From positions 4,537,454-4,601,453 of the forward strand of contig CM119268.1 of assembly GCA_051294375.1 (NCBI GenBank): DNA of 64,000 nt. The letters are read 5' to 3'. A program made the translations under genes and the position numbers. This DNA is from Paraspadella gotoi (taxonomy: Eukaryota; Animalia; Chaetognatha). Position 1 is the first letter of the stretch; every line of letters begins with the position of its first letter. The notes under the pieces were generated by a model that saw nothing but the letters and a program-made list of their open reading frames with translations, was not told the DNA's origin and ran no database searches. Of the stretch, positions 11,836 through 24,660 are shown one piece after another.

Positions 11836-14228
11836 ATGGCCGACTTCACCTCCAAACGGGAGAAAAAAAAACTATTTCCAGCAAATGGAAACGACGGGCG
11901 TCCAAGGAAGATAGGTCACTTTTATTTGAATCTTTTTTTACTCATTTTAACGCATAATACTAAATTTATCATAATTGGGATCGATAGATTGAGATTAAAT
12001 TTTGTGTGGTGGGTAGGAAAGTGTGTGGATTGAGCACGATAATAAAGTTCGAATGGAATCGAGGGAGTGGAAATGAGTTTGCATGCAAAAACAAAGTCAA
12101 GTTGACTTTAATTTTTATTATTTATGCTTACTCATGAAATTAAGTGAAATGATGCAAATTAAAAAAATGATGCAAGTTTAAAAAAATTATGCTCGGACGA
12201 TTCCTCGCACAAAAATTTCATTCCATCCATCCTAATGCACGAGTAATTGGTGTTTTTTGCTAAGTGGGACGGACGGACGGATTGAATTGACTGATTAAAT
12301 TAATTATGATTAATTAATTGACTAAATTGATTAATTAACTGATTAATTATTAGAGCTTATTAATACATGCCCTGAATATACATTTAATTAAAAGGAAAAA
12401 AAATCATAATCAATTAGTGAAAGCAGGTTTTTGTTTTTTCCATTTAACTCATTTCACTCAAAAAGATTCCAGTCGAAATTGGTTTCCTGTTCAATCACAC
12501 ACTTTTCTACTGCACATACAAAATTCAGTCAATCGATAATTTAAGTGGTAATAAGCTATAATTGGTCAACTTGCATAATTTAAATCACTTGCAATAATTT
12601 GGTCAAACTGACATAATTTGGTTAACTGACATAATTTGATCTAGCTGACATAATTGGTCAACTGACATAAATTTGGTCAACTGACATAATTTGATCAATT
12701 AAGATAATTTGGTCAACCGGCATAATTTGGGTTAACTGGCATAATTTTTATCACTAGCCTAAATTTGGTCACAGGCATAATTTGGTCAACTTGCAAAAAT
12801 TGATTAACTTGCAGAATTTTTGATCACTGGGCATAATTTTGGTCCAATTAGCATAAATTTGGTCAATAATCAATCAATCAATCAATGCAATCATCAATCA
12901 ATCAATAACAATCAGGAGAGAGAGAGAGAAACTTTAAAAAAAATTCAATAAATGTGTCTTTTGGTTTCTAATTTGAACTCTTTTCACTCCTACGATTCCA
13001 ATCAAAAATTTTATCCAGGCTTTATCACAATACTTTCTACCCACACAAAATTCAATTTCGATTTATCTATCCAATTTTTAATAAACAATAATTATGAGTA
13101 AAATTTAATTAAAAATACTTCAAGTACATATGACTTTTGTTTTTCAATTTTAACTCATTTCGCACTCGCACGATTCCATCGAAACTTTATATCCGGCTCA
13201 ATCACACACCTTTCTACCATCATACAAAATTTCAAGTCAATTGCACTATCCACTGCAATGAGGCAATTGGGCGTTCAAATAGTGAAATATTATTTTTTTG
13301 TTTTTTCATTTAAACCAATTTCCACTCGCACGATTCCCTCGAAACTTCAAAATATCCATCCTCAATCACACAGTTTCCTACCACACACAAATTTAAATAC
13401 AATACAATCCATCCAATGCACGGGTAATTGGAGATTTTTTGCTAAGGTGGGAGGAGCGGACGGACGGACGTGACGGAGCGGACGGGAACGCGACGGACGG
13501 ACATCATTTTTTTTTGCATAATTTATCGATAATTGCGATGTTACTGACATGATATAAGTGGTGTGCCCGACAATATTGATGGGGGCGGAGCGACGGACGG
13601 AAAAAGTGAGTTAATAGGTCGGGATCTGCTTGATAGCCAAGATCCGACATANNNNNNNNNNNNNNNNNNNNNNNNNAAAAAAGGTGGAGAGTAATTAGAT
13701 TAGAGAGACGGAAATTTGGCGGAAGGTGAAAGAGTTGCAATGAAAATAATTAAAATGTTGAATGAGATTATGAAAAAATTAAAAGGGGGAAAAAGGTTCT
13801 AGGAAAATGAAATATGAANNNNNNNNNNAAAAAAAAAATATTATTAATACATTTTAAACATTTAAAAAACTAAAACAATTAATTCTGCAATTTTCATAAA
13901 AAAAGAACCCTGAAAGAAAAATAGTAGTTTTATTACTTTCCCCTATCTACTTTTTATACTTTCTATAGTCCACCCTTCTCTTAACCGAGTCTATTAATAG
14001 CTCATAGGTTCACCCTCACTATTTTTCACACGTGGGGATTTACTTAAAAAACGTTTAATATTTTAATGTTTAATATTATTTTAGCAATTAATCAAATTTC
14101 ATTTAAGACTCGAAGGGCCTTCGGGCGCTCAATCGTGGATTCAAACGCTCGAGCGAAAATTGATGGAAAAGAAGCCAACGAGGATATTAATTCAAATCGA
14201 TAGGAATCGAGGGAGCGAGTCGGGCAAG
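11836..14228 (+). CDS. Possible small spliced gene of unknown function (candidate exons 11836-11914, 14108-14228; perhaps more near 14822)
   Basis: ATG in caagATGGCC context. Donor ag|gt at 11914 joins acceptor ttaag|a at 14108 in phase 2 to give ...KWKRRASKEDR-LEGPSGAQSWIQTLERKLMEKKPTRILIQIDRNRGSESGK, but only with a 1-nt correction in an A homopolymer. Confidence 0.3.
11985..13650. mobile_element. Cluster of DINE-1/HINE-like family A fragments (one + fragment ~11985-12110; - copies ~12205-12540 and ~12960-13650 with tandemly repeated internal unit)
   Basis: Share sequence with the 53365-53740 copy (ggacggacgg microsatellite, tttttgctaaggtggga, gtcgggatct...agatccgac hairpin at 13618-13648, cactcgcacgattcc..tcaatcacac unit). 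Confidence 0.6.
12550..12866. repeat. ~18-19-bp minisatellite (aactgacataatttggtc), ~15 copies
   Basis: Recurrent cataatttggtcaact motif. Confidence 0.85.
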
Positions 14229-15832
14229 GTTGACGGGCAAACTTACTCAAAATGAACGGACAATCTGATTGAAGTCGCCCTGAACCTGACCATGAAAGGC
14301 CGAGAAAACTGATTCAAAATGAGCGGGCAAAAATGGTGCGAAAATCTAACAAATTTGGTTTGAAATAGTCGGGCAAATAAATAAATAAATAATAAATAAC
14401 AAACAAATAAAAATAACCGTTGAGGCGGGTAAAAAAGAGTAGAATAGTCTTGATTGAAAATGGTCGGGCAAACTAATTGAAACGAGCAGGGAAACTGACT
14501 CCTCGGTCAGTCTGGTTCGAGATGATCGCAAAAAATATCGTGAGAACATAAAGATGACTAACTTTTTTAATTCGGAGAAAATTCTTCTTTTATGGTTTTC
14601 CGTCTGTTTTTTTTTTTTTTTTGTTTTTTTTATTACTATATTGAGCGGCAAAGGGAGAAAGCAATTATATTACGCTACATATTTGTGATTATAAATTAGC
14701 ATGAAAGAGAAAGTTTACCAGAGAAAATAAACGATACGATATGCATATCTTCTCCCTCTATCTTTCTTTTAACATTGTCATTTTTTAATAATTGATTCTT
14801 TTTTTAAAATAAAATTATCAGACGATGATAAGAATGTGAAGAGATAAGAAGATGAAAACATCAACGACGACGACGACGACGACGACGACGCCCGGGAAAA
14901 CGCCCTCCAGCTTATTGAAAATCATGAAATAGAAAAAAATTGCCGAAACTCAACTTTTCTTCTTGTATCTTCTTTTTCTTTCCTCCCTTCTTTACTTTCC
15001 TTTTTCTTCTTCCTCTTCTTTCTAATTTTCTTTCTTCTTTTGCGTTCTTTCTTTTCTTTTTTTCTTTTTCTTATTTTTTTCTTTATTTCTCCTTTCTTTT
15101 TCCCCCTTTTTCTTCTGCCTTTTTTTTTCCCTTTTTATCTTCTTTTTCTTTCTACCTTCCTTCTTTACTTTTCCTTTTTCTCTTCCTCTTTCCTCCTTTT
15201 CTTATCTTTTTTTCTTTTCTCCTTTTCCCCCCATTTCTTTTTCGTTTTATGTTTATTTCCTTTTTTTGTCATTTTTTTACATCCTCTTTTATTTCCTTTC
15301 CTTTTTCTTTTTCCATTTTCTTCTTTTCTCTCTCATATTCCTTCACTTTTTTTCCTTCCTATTCTCGCTTTGCTAAAAATTTCTCTTTTCTTTCCTTCCT
15401 CCCTTTCCTTTTTTATCTTTCCTCCCTTTTCCTCCTCTCGCCTCGCCAACTTTCCTTTTTTTCATGCTTTTTTTTTCGCTCGGAAACGTTATCTCGTTTT
15501 TGGATTTTATATTTTCTTGTTTATTATTTTCTTTTTCTCGTCAAAAATGTCGATTGTTAAATTTTTTTTTTCTCTCGTTTAAACTTTGAAAAATTTCGCG
15601 AAAGGTTTTATATGTTTTTTCTTTTCGTTTTCATTTTTCGTGGCTAGTATTTTTAATTTAATATTTTTTTTTCCATTTGTTGACAATTTTATTGTTCGTG
15701 TTTTCTTTAATTTTTTTTGGCCAAAAAAAGATCAAAATATTTTCAGGGGCGTGAAAGCACTCCGCTTAACTGAAGTGTATTTAAACCTCCAAAAATATGC
15801 TTGAAGTGGTTGAAAGAATGAAACAGACGAAG

Positions 15833-15910
<78 letters not shown>

Positions 15911-16719
15911 AGAGAGAGAACGGAGACGTTTTGACTCGGATTCAATTATCTGAGAGCGAAGACACTTGTCGTCGCGAAAAGAAGTTTAGATCAACGACGC
16001 ACGAATCCTTTTTTTTTTCTTTCGCCGATGCTGTGACCACATATGCTGCGAGCTCAAATTCTGTGAGCACAAATACTTCAAGCACATTGGCTGCCACATT
16101 TCCTTACAATAACGGTACTGTGACCACAATCTTATGAATTTATTTCAAGACTATTCTATTCTAAAAAGGTTTTCCAATGACAACCCGATTCCCCGCCTAA
16201 GAATAATGGAAATTTCGTGAATTGATGTTTTATACTTTAGACGATGTTAATACTGTGACTCTATTCGGTGATTCTATTCTTCCGCATCACGCGCCTTTTT
16301 TTCTTCTTGGAACAAATTGTTTAAAAAAAGGGACGGTAAAAAAAATCATGAATCACGTGACGTCATTTCACTCAATAGTGTCACGTATATTTTCTCAATT
16401 TATTATTACAACAACAAGTATAGTCTATCTCTGTTTCACATTCATTCTTCCCTCTGTTTAATACTCTGTCTCACTCTCATTCTTCCATCTTACACACGCA
16501 GGTTCTCTCTCTATCTTCCGTCTTTAATTCTTCATATTCTGTCCCGCTCGCTCCCTCGCTAACAGCCGCTTCGATCCTCGCCACAACGTTAACGATCCTC
16601 AGCCATCAAGAATTCACGCAAAAGAGAAATACAAGTGGCTGCGCCAATACATGTAAATCGCTTTCAAGGGCTTAAACTGAACTATTACTGCAGAACAAAT
16701 AATATTTTGTTACTTGAAA

Positions 16720-17360
16720 AAATCTAATAAATCAAAACTATATTATTTTTGTTTCGATATATGATATTATATGATTAAAATGCTTTGATCAAGACATAAA
16801 ATGAGAAATAGAATAAAATAAAATAGAATAAGAAAAAAATATTTATTAAAAAATTGTTAAAAATTATTTAAAAAAAAATTAAGATAATGAAAATTAACAA
16901 AAACAATTGCTATTTTGGTGAATAGCAGGTGCAATTGAATATCTAATATTAGACAATCTTTTTACCAAGTATCATTCAAAATGATGAAGTAAAAGCCAAT
17001 AAAAACTTAAATGTGATAGAACAACCCACCGAGTGACCCAAAAGTGACTTATTAAGTTGCTTTGCGAGTACTCGCGGCGCAACTAAAATTATAATAAGGA
17101 AATAAAGGAAAAAGGAAGAAATAAAAGATCTTTTATTTCTTCCATTTTCCATTTTATCCTAAATCTTTCAAAAAAATATTTTTTAACAATTTTTTCTTAT
17201 TCTATTTTATTTCAGTATAAAAGGGGATAGACCGACGTGGGTCCATTACCCCTCTCCTTCTCATTCACCTCTATTTCTCATTCTATGTCTTGATCAAAGA
17301 ATTTTAATCGTATATCATATATCTAAACAAAAATAATATTGTTTTGATTTATTAGATAAA
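16720..17360. mobile_element. Foldback/MITE-like element with ~90-bp AT-rich inverted arms (second, noisy copy at ~20238-20925)
   Basis: tctaataaatcaaaactatattatttttgtttcgatatatg...ttgatcaagacataaaatgagaaatag (16723-16811) is the reverse complement of ctatttctcattctatgtcttgatcaaag...gttttgatttattaga (17271-17356). Confidence 0.6.
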
Positions 17361-20072
17361 AACTATGGCCGTCGCTGTTAAAGAAAAATTTGGGGGCGAA
17401 AATAAAAGAATTCGACGTCATTAATGATTGATGTTGACTTCGAAGAGGAAACGATGAAAATGACGACGATGACGACGACAACGACGAAGACGATAAAAAT
17501 AGAAAACTGCGACGACGACGANNNNNNNNNNNNNNNNNNNNNNNNNNNNNNNNNNNNNNNNNNNNNNNNNNNNNNNNNNNNNNNNNNNNNNNNNNNNNNN
17601 NNNNNNNNNNNNNNNNNNNNNNNNNNNNNNNNNNNNNNNNNNNNNNNNNNNNNNNNNNNNNNNNNNNNNNNNNNNNNNNNNNNNNNNNNNNNNNNNNNNN
17701 NNNNNNNNNNNNNNNNNNNNNNNNNNNNNNNNNNNNNNNNNNNNNNNNNNNNNNNNNNNNNNNNNNNNNNNNNNNNNNNNNNNNNNNNNNNNNNNNNNNN
17801 NNNNNNNNNNNNNNNNNNNNNNNNNNNNNNNNNNNNNNNNNNNNNNNNNNNNNNNNNNNNNNNNNNNNNNNNNNNNNNNNNNNNNNNNNNNNNNNNNNNN
17901 NNNNNNNNNNNNNNNNNNNNNNNNNNNNNNNNNNNNNNNNNNNNNNNNNNNNNNNNNNNNNNNNNNNNNNNNNNNNNNNNNNNNNNNNNNNNNNNNNNNN
18001 NNNNNNNNNNNNNNNNNNNNNNNNNNNNNNNNNNNNNNNNNNNNNNNNNNNNNNNNNNNNNNNNNNNNNNNNNNNNNNNNNNNNNNNNNNNNNNNNNNNN
18101 NNNNNNNNNNNNNNNNNNNNNNNNNNNNNNNNNNNNNNNNNNNNNNNNNNNNNNNNNNNNNNNNNNNNNNNNNNNNNNNNNNNNNNNNNNNNNNNNNNNN
18201 NNNNNNNNNNNNNNNNNNNNNNNNNNNNNNNNNNNNNNNNNNNNNNNNNNNNNNNNNNNNNNNNNNNNNNNNNNNNNNNNNNNNNNNNNNNNNNNNNNNN
18301 NNNNNNNNNNNNNNNNNNNNNNNNNNNNNNNNNNNNNNNNNNNNNNNNNNNNNNNNNNNNNNNNNNNNNNNNNNNNNNNNNNNNNNNNNNNNNNNNNNNN
18401 NNNNNNNNNNNNNNNNNNNNNNNNNNNNNNNNNNNNNNNNNNNNNNNNNNAAATGCAGAGAAGAAAACGATGGAAAAGAGAAAACTGGAAAAAGGAGAAT
18501 TTTTCGACAATTGTGGACGTGATCCAATTTTAACATTATTACTTTTCATCACAATCATGACTGCATTACGTACAGGGGTGGGACCGTATATCGAGACAAA
18601 ATTTTTAAAAAATCATTACTTTAAAACTCTTTATGATTTTAAAAATCTGAATAAATGTTTGTATAATACTCTCTCTTAGCTTTTAGACGATATATTAATC
18701 TTTTTAAAATTCTTTAATATAATGCTTTTTTTGATGCAGCAAATAATACTTATTGTTTATATCTCATTCTAAGACATAATAATATATTACTAAAATATTG
18801 ATAATGTCTTTCTAATGGCTTTTAAAGTGTTTATAGAATATCTCTTTATATCTTTTAATAGTCTTTTATTAGAATATTAATAATATCTTTTATAAGGATA
18901 ATAAGAATNNNNNNNNNNNNNNNNNNNNNNNNNNNNNNNNNNNNNNNNNNNNNNNNNNNNNNNNNNNNNNNNNNNNNNNNNNNNNNNNNNNNNNNNNNNN
19001 NNNNNNNNNNNNNNNNNNNNNNNNNNNNNNNNNNNNNNNNNNNNNNNNNNNNNNNNNNNNNNNNNNNNNNNNNNNNNNNNNNNNNNNNNNNNNNNNNNNN
19101 NNNNNNNNNNNNNNNNNNNNNNNNNNNNNNNNNNNNNNNNNNNNNNNNNNNNNNNNNNNNNNNNNNNNNNNNNNNNNNNNNNNNNNNNNNNNNNNNNNNN
19201 NNNNNNNNNNNNNNNNNNNNNNNNNNNNNNNNNNNNNNNNNNNNNNNNNNNNNNNNNNNNNNNNNNNNNNNNNNNNNNNNNNNNNNNNNNNNNNNNNNNN
19301 NNNNNNNNNNNNNNNNNNNNNNNNNNNNNNNNNNNNNNNNNNNNNNNNNNNNNNNNNNNNNNNNNNNNNNNNNNNNNNNNNNNNNNNNNNNNNNNNNNNN
19401 NNNNNNNNNNNNNNNNNNNNNNNNNNNNNNNNNNNNNNNNNNNNNNNNNNNNNNNNNNNNNNNNNNNNNNNNNNNNNNNNNNNNNNNNNNNNNNNNNNNN
19501 NNNNNNNNNNNNNNNNNNNNNNNNNNNNNNNNNNNNNNNNNNNNNNNNNNNNNNNNNNNNNNNNNNNNNNNNNNNNNNNNNNNNNNNNNNNNNNNNNNNN
19601 NNNNNNNNNNNNNNNNNNNNNNNNNNNNNNNNNNNNNNNNNNNNNNNNNNNNNTTCATAGTTCATTGGGTTAAATGCTTTGTTACTACAAATTAATTCGG
19701 AACACTTTTTTTAAAATAATACAATTATAAAGATAAAAAAAANNNNNNNNNNNNNNNNNNNNNNNNNNNNNNNNNNNNNNNNNNNNNNNNNNNNNNNNNN
19801 NNNNNNNNNNNNNNNNNNNNNNNNNNNNNNNNNNNNNNNNNNNNNNNNNNNNNNNNNNNNNNNNNNNNNNNNNNNNNNNNNNNNNNNNNNNNNNNNNNNN
19901 NNNNNNNNNNNNNNNNNNNNNNNNNNNNNNNNNNNNNNNNNNNNNNNNNNNNNNNNNNNNNCAATGCAATAAAAATATGCAAATTGCATAATTGCTCAAA
20001 ATTTTATTTCGTCGAAAAACAAAAAGAATAAAATTGAAGGTCGAAAAACAATTTTTTTTTAATCAGAGACGA

Positions 20073-21210
20073 GGCATCGCTTTCGAATCCTCGCCCACGT
20101 TAACGATCCTCAGCCATCAGAAATTCACGCAAAACGAGAAATACATAGTGGCTGCGCCAATACAGTAAACTCGCTTTCAGGCTTAAACTGAACCTATTAC
20201 TGGCCAGAACAAATAATCATTTTGCTTCACTTGAAAAATCTAATAAATCAAAAACTATATTATTTTGTTTCGATATATGACTATTATATGATTTAAAAAC
20301 TGCTTGATCAACGACATAAAATGAACGAACATCAGCAATAAAATACCCAAACTAGAAATAATAAAAAAATATTTATCTAAAAAATCTGTTAAAAATTAAT
20401 TTAAAAAAAAATTAAGCATAAATGAAAATCTAACAAAAACAAATTGCTATTTTGGTGTAATCAGCCAGCGTGCACATTGAATATCTAAATATTAGACAAT
20501 CTTTTTACCAAGTATCCATTCAAAACTGATGAAGTAAAAGCCAATCAAAAAAACTTAAATGTGATAGATCACAACCCACCGAGTGACCCAAAAGTGATTA
20601 TTAAGTTGGCTTTGCGAGTCACTCGCCGGCGCCAAACTAAAATTTAAATAAGGAAATAAACGGAAAAAGGAAGAAATAAAAGATTCCTTATTTCTTCATC
20701 TTTCCATTTATCCTAATATCTTTCAAAAACATATTTACAATTTTCTTTATTCTATTTTCCTTTTCCAGTATCAAAACGGGGATAGACCGACCGTCCGGGT
20801 CCATTACCCTCTCCTTCTCATTTCACCCTATTTCTCACTTCTCATGTCTTGCATCAAATGACCTTCTTCACATCGCGTATATCATATATTAAACAAAATA
20901 TATTGTTTTGATTATTAGATAAAAAACTATGCCGTCGCTGTTAACAGAACAATTCTGGGGGCGTAACACTAAGCATTCGACCGTCATTAATGATTTGATG
21001 CCTTCGACTTCGAAGCAGGAAACGATGAAAATGACGGACGATGACGACGACAACGACGAAGACGATAAAATTAGAAAACTGCTGACGACGACGACCAACG
21101 ACGACGACGACGACGACGATGAACGAACACCGCAAACTCCAAAACCAACATCCAACATCCATCACGAACCGTAGTTCAATTGCTTCGGACTGCTCGCGAC
21201 GCTCATCATT

Positions 21211-21247
<37 letters not shown>

Positions 21248-21397
21248 AGAGAGAGAGTAGAAGAGAGAGAGAGAGAGAGAGAGAAACCACGTGTATCTTA
21301 CTCCGCCTCCTACTTCCGCCTGGCCCGGTTTTCCAAATCCGCAGAGAAAAGTGCAACCCAATAATTTAATCCGCTTTCTGCCTCACTTGACTGCGGA

Positions 21398-21467
<70 letters not shown>

Positions 21468-23434
21468 AGAGAGAGACTAGCCAAGATGGAAAGGAAGAGG
21501 GAGGGAGACGAAAATGCAGAGGAAGAAAACGAATGAGAAAGAGAAAACTGGAAAAAAGGAGAATTTTTCGACAATTGTGGGACTGTGATTCCAATTTTAA
21601 CATTATTATTTTCATCACAATCATGACTAGCATCTAACGTTAACCGGGGTGGGAACCGTATATCCGAGGATCAAAATTTTTAAAAAATCATTACCTTTAA
21701 AACTCTTTATGATTTTAAAAATCTGAAAGTAAATGTTTGGTTTATAAATATCTCCTCTTAGCTTTTAGACGATCGTATTAATCTTTTTAAAATTCTTAAT
21801 ATATTGCTTTTTTGATCAGCCAAATAATACTTATTGTTTATATCTTCATTCTAAGACATGAATAATATATTACTAAAATATTTTTGATAATGTCTTTCTA
21901 AATGGCTTTTAAAGTTTTATAGAAGTATCAAGAAAGAACCGAATAGGTTTCCCCATCATGCACTCGTTTCCTCATTCATCTTCTCCTCATTCCTCCTCGG
22001 CCCTCCTCCCGGAGATCAGGCTCGAGTCCATGGGTTTAGGTTTTCATTCCCACGCTTTTTCCTTCTCTTTCTCTCTCGACCGTCCTCGTCCCGGTTCAGT
22101 CTCTGTTACCAGATTTTTTACGCCAATTTAGCCGCTTACATTATATTTTCCTTTTCCCAACCATGTTTTCTCCGCGTCTTGACTTAGCCTAGATTTCAGT
22201 CAGACTTAACCCGACCTTAGATGTTAGAGTGGGGCCCAATTGGGGCTCGAACCCACAGACCCTTGCCTTTAGTCCCAGCACCACATGTGGGCCGCCATCT
22301 AACTTAAGGTCGGGTAAGGTCTGACCTGAAAATCTAGGTAAGTAAAGACACGGGAGGAAATGGTGGAAAGCGAAAATATAATGAAGCGGCTAAATCTCCT
22401 TTATATCTCTTTTAATTAAGGTCTTTTTATGAAATATTCAACTAATATCTTTTATAAGGATTAATAAGAATATTTATACATGGTTTTTATGCATTTTATT
22501 TATGATTCACATTTTTTTTTAAATTTAAAGTTATTAATACAATCGGGCCTCTTTCTTTTTTTCCTCCTTAATATCTTCGCCGTGCACGAGGAAAGGGAAA
22601 GCGCAAATAACTCTCCTCCATAAAAAGGTGAGTTTGTAAAGGCGCTAAACGCCGGATGTAATCGACTTGAAAATTAGGCGGAGGATGTTTAATTGCAGGT
22701 CAATGGGTGACTGGAGAAGGGCACCTGGGGAAAGGGAGAGAGAGAGAGAGAGAGAGAGAAGGAGGAGAGAGAGAGAGAGAGAGAGAGGAGAATGATGAGA
22801 GAGAGAGAGAGAAGAGAGAGAGAGAAGAGAGAGAAAGAGGAGACGAAAGAGAGAGAGGGAGAGAGAGAAGAGAGAGCAGAAGAGAGAGAAGATGCGATAG
22901 AGAGAGGAGAAGCGATGAGAGAAGAGACAGAGATAGGAAGTAGCAGAAGAAAAACCGGTTAATCAAGGCGCCGGCCGGAATCTGGAGCGATTGAAAGCAG
23001 TTTTTGAGGGCTCAGGTGGAAAATAAGGAAAGGAAGGAAGCTTCGTCCGTCGTCGTCTTCCGTCGTTGTCGTGTGTTCGTCTGTCGTTCAGTGTCGCCGT
23101 CCCTGTTTTCCTAGAACTGATTTAGCGCTTGTTCCGATCAGTTGTTCAGATGAAAAAGGTGGGAAATTGGTCGCAGCTGCCTTCATAGTTCAATTGGTTA
23201 ACATGCTTTGTTACTACAAATTAATTCTCGGAAACACTTTTTTTTAAAAATAATACAAGTTATACAAGATAAAAAAAAAATACATATAAGCGAAAAATAT
23301 TAAAAAGTAAAATCTGACAACTTTACAGGTTTTGCTTTTAAATAAGATAGGGACAAAAAATCAGTCTAACAATTCGGGACACGGGGCGGGAAATCCGGCC
23401 ACAGAGGTCTTTTTATTACTGCGTCTGTATGGGT

Positions 23435-23482
<48 letters not shown>

Positions 23483-23640
23483 TCTTCTCTCTCTCTCTCT
23501 CTCTCGCTCTCCTCTCTCTCTCCTCCCTTCCAATGCAACTTAACAAATATGCAAATTGCCATAATGCTCAAAATTTATTTGCGTCGAGAAAAACAAAAAG
23601 AGAATAAAATTGAGGTCGAAAAACAATTTTTTTTTTAAAA
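20073..23640 (+). repeat. Indel-rich direct duplicate of ~16560-20061 (probable uncollapsed haplotype or long-read gap overfill)
   Basis: 16560-17521 matches 20073-21120; 18451-18908 matches 21511-22470; 19654-19742 matches 23182-23280; 19962-20061 matches 23532-23640. The second copy has many single-base insertions. Confidence 0.85.
21930..22393. mobile_element. ~465-bp insertion present in only one of two duplicate copies, ending in a ~110-bp inverted repeat
   Basis: Empty site agaat-atc-tcttt at ~18840; filled site flanked by atc (21927-29) and atc (22394-96); arms 22126-22238 and 22288-22395. Confidence 0.55.
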
Positions 23641-24625
23641 AGAAAAAAAATTTTCGTCGTTTCTGTCAATCAGTCGTCTTTTTTTCTTTTTTCCTTTTTT
23701 TTGTTAGTTGTTTTTTTTTCGTTACGTCTCTTGTTATTTTCCCCTTATTTTTTGGTTTTTAGTTGACAGGAAAGTCATTGTTTTTTTTTTTTTTTAGCAA
23801 ACTTCACANNNNNNNNNNNNNNNNNNNNNNNNNTTTTTTTTTTTTACAAAAATTCACTCTGACAATATTGCGCCCAATAAGGTGTGGATATTCCTGGTTT
23901 ATTTTAGCCTTAGATAAGAACATTGCTTGAGCAATGAGCAATGAGCAGTGCTTAATCTCAACTTATTTCAATACCAAATAACCTTTTCTTTATGAAAATA
24001 AATCGATGACTAATTTCAAACTTCGTCTCTAATTTAATAACAAAGAAAGAAAGGTTTATAACACAATCCAAATACCAAAATATAAATTTAGATGATTAAC
24101 TTTATAAAAAAAACTTTAAATTCAGAGTTTTGAGCTTTTAAAAAACAAAAGGTCAGGGTTCAATTCAGATAAATTAAATCGAGGTGATTTTGCAAAATAT
24201 GGCCACAAATTCGTGATGTGGGCATTTGGAGCGCTGGTCTTCCGGCTCGAATTTTTTTTTTTTTTTGACCAATAACCAGGCGGTCGCGAGATCAGGAGTT
24301 CTTGGAACAGGCGGTTGACCTCGTTCTTCTATCAGGTACTAGACCTCGTTTCTGTTTCAGGCAGTTGACCTCGTTACTGCATCAGAATAGATTAAATTTT
24401 AATAAATGTTGGATGAAAAAAATTGCGTTTTGGCTTCTGGCATCTGCCAAGTTTTTGATGTCGACCGCTTCGCTAGTTGTCACAATTTTTCAATAATTTT
24501 ATTTCTTGTTTTCTTTTTTTGTTTTGCTCTTTTGTTTTGTTTTGTTTTGAGTGTCGGGTTTTTTTTTCATTTGAAAAGAAAATATTTCGCTTGAAAAATT
24601 CACCGCGTGTGTGTACACTGTACAA

Positions 24626-24660
<35 letters not shown>

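Noticed and set aside
14940-15582. Phe/Ser/Leu-rich ORFs resembling membrane proteins (also 31777-32686, 36875-37654, 57913-58403)
   Set aside because: Translations of polypyrimidine or (CT)n low-complexity DNA, open in several frames.
17323-19999. Long ORFs of 260-411 aa (also 25362-26408, 62555-63178)
   Set aside because: Composed almost entirely of N-gap codons.
16560-23640. Apparent 3.5-kb tandem segmental duplication
   Set aside because: The second copy differs mainly by scattered 1-nt insertions and fills the first copy's gaps, which fits an assembly or haplotype artefact.
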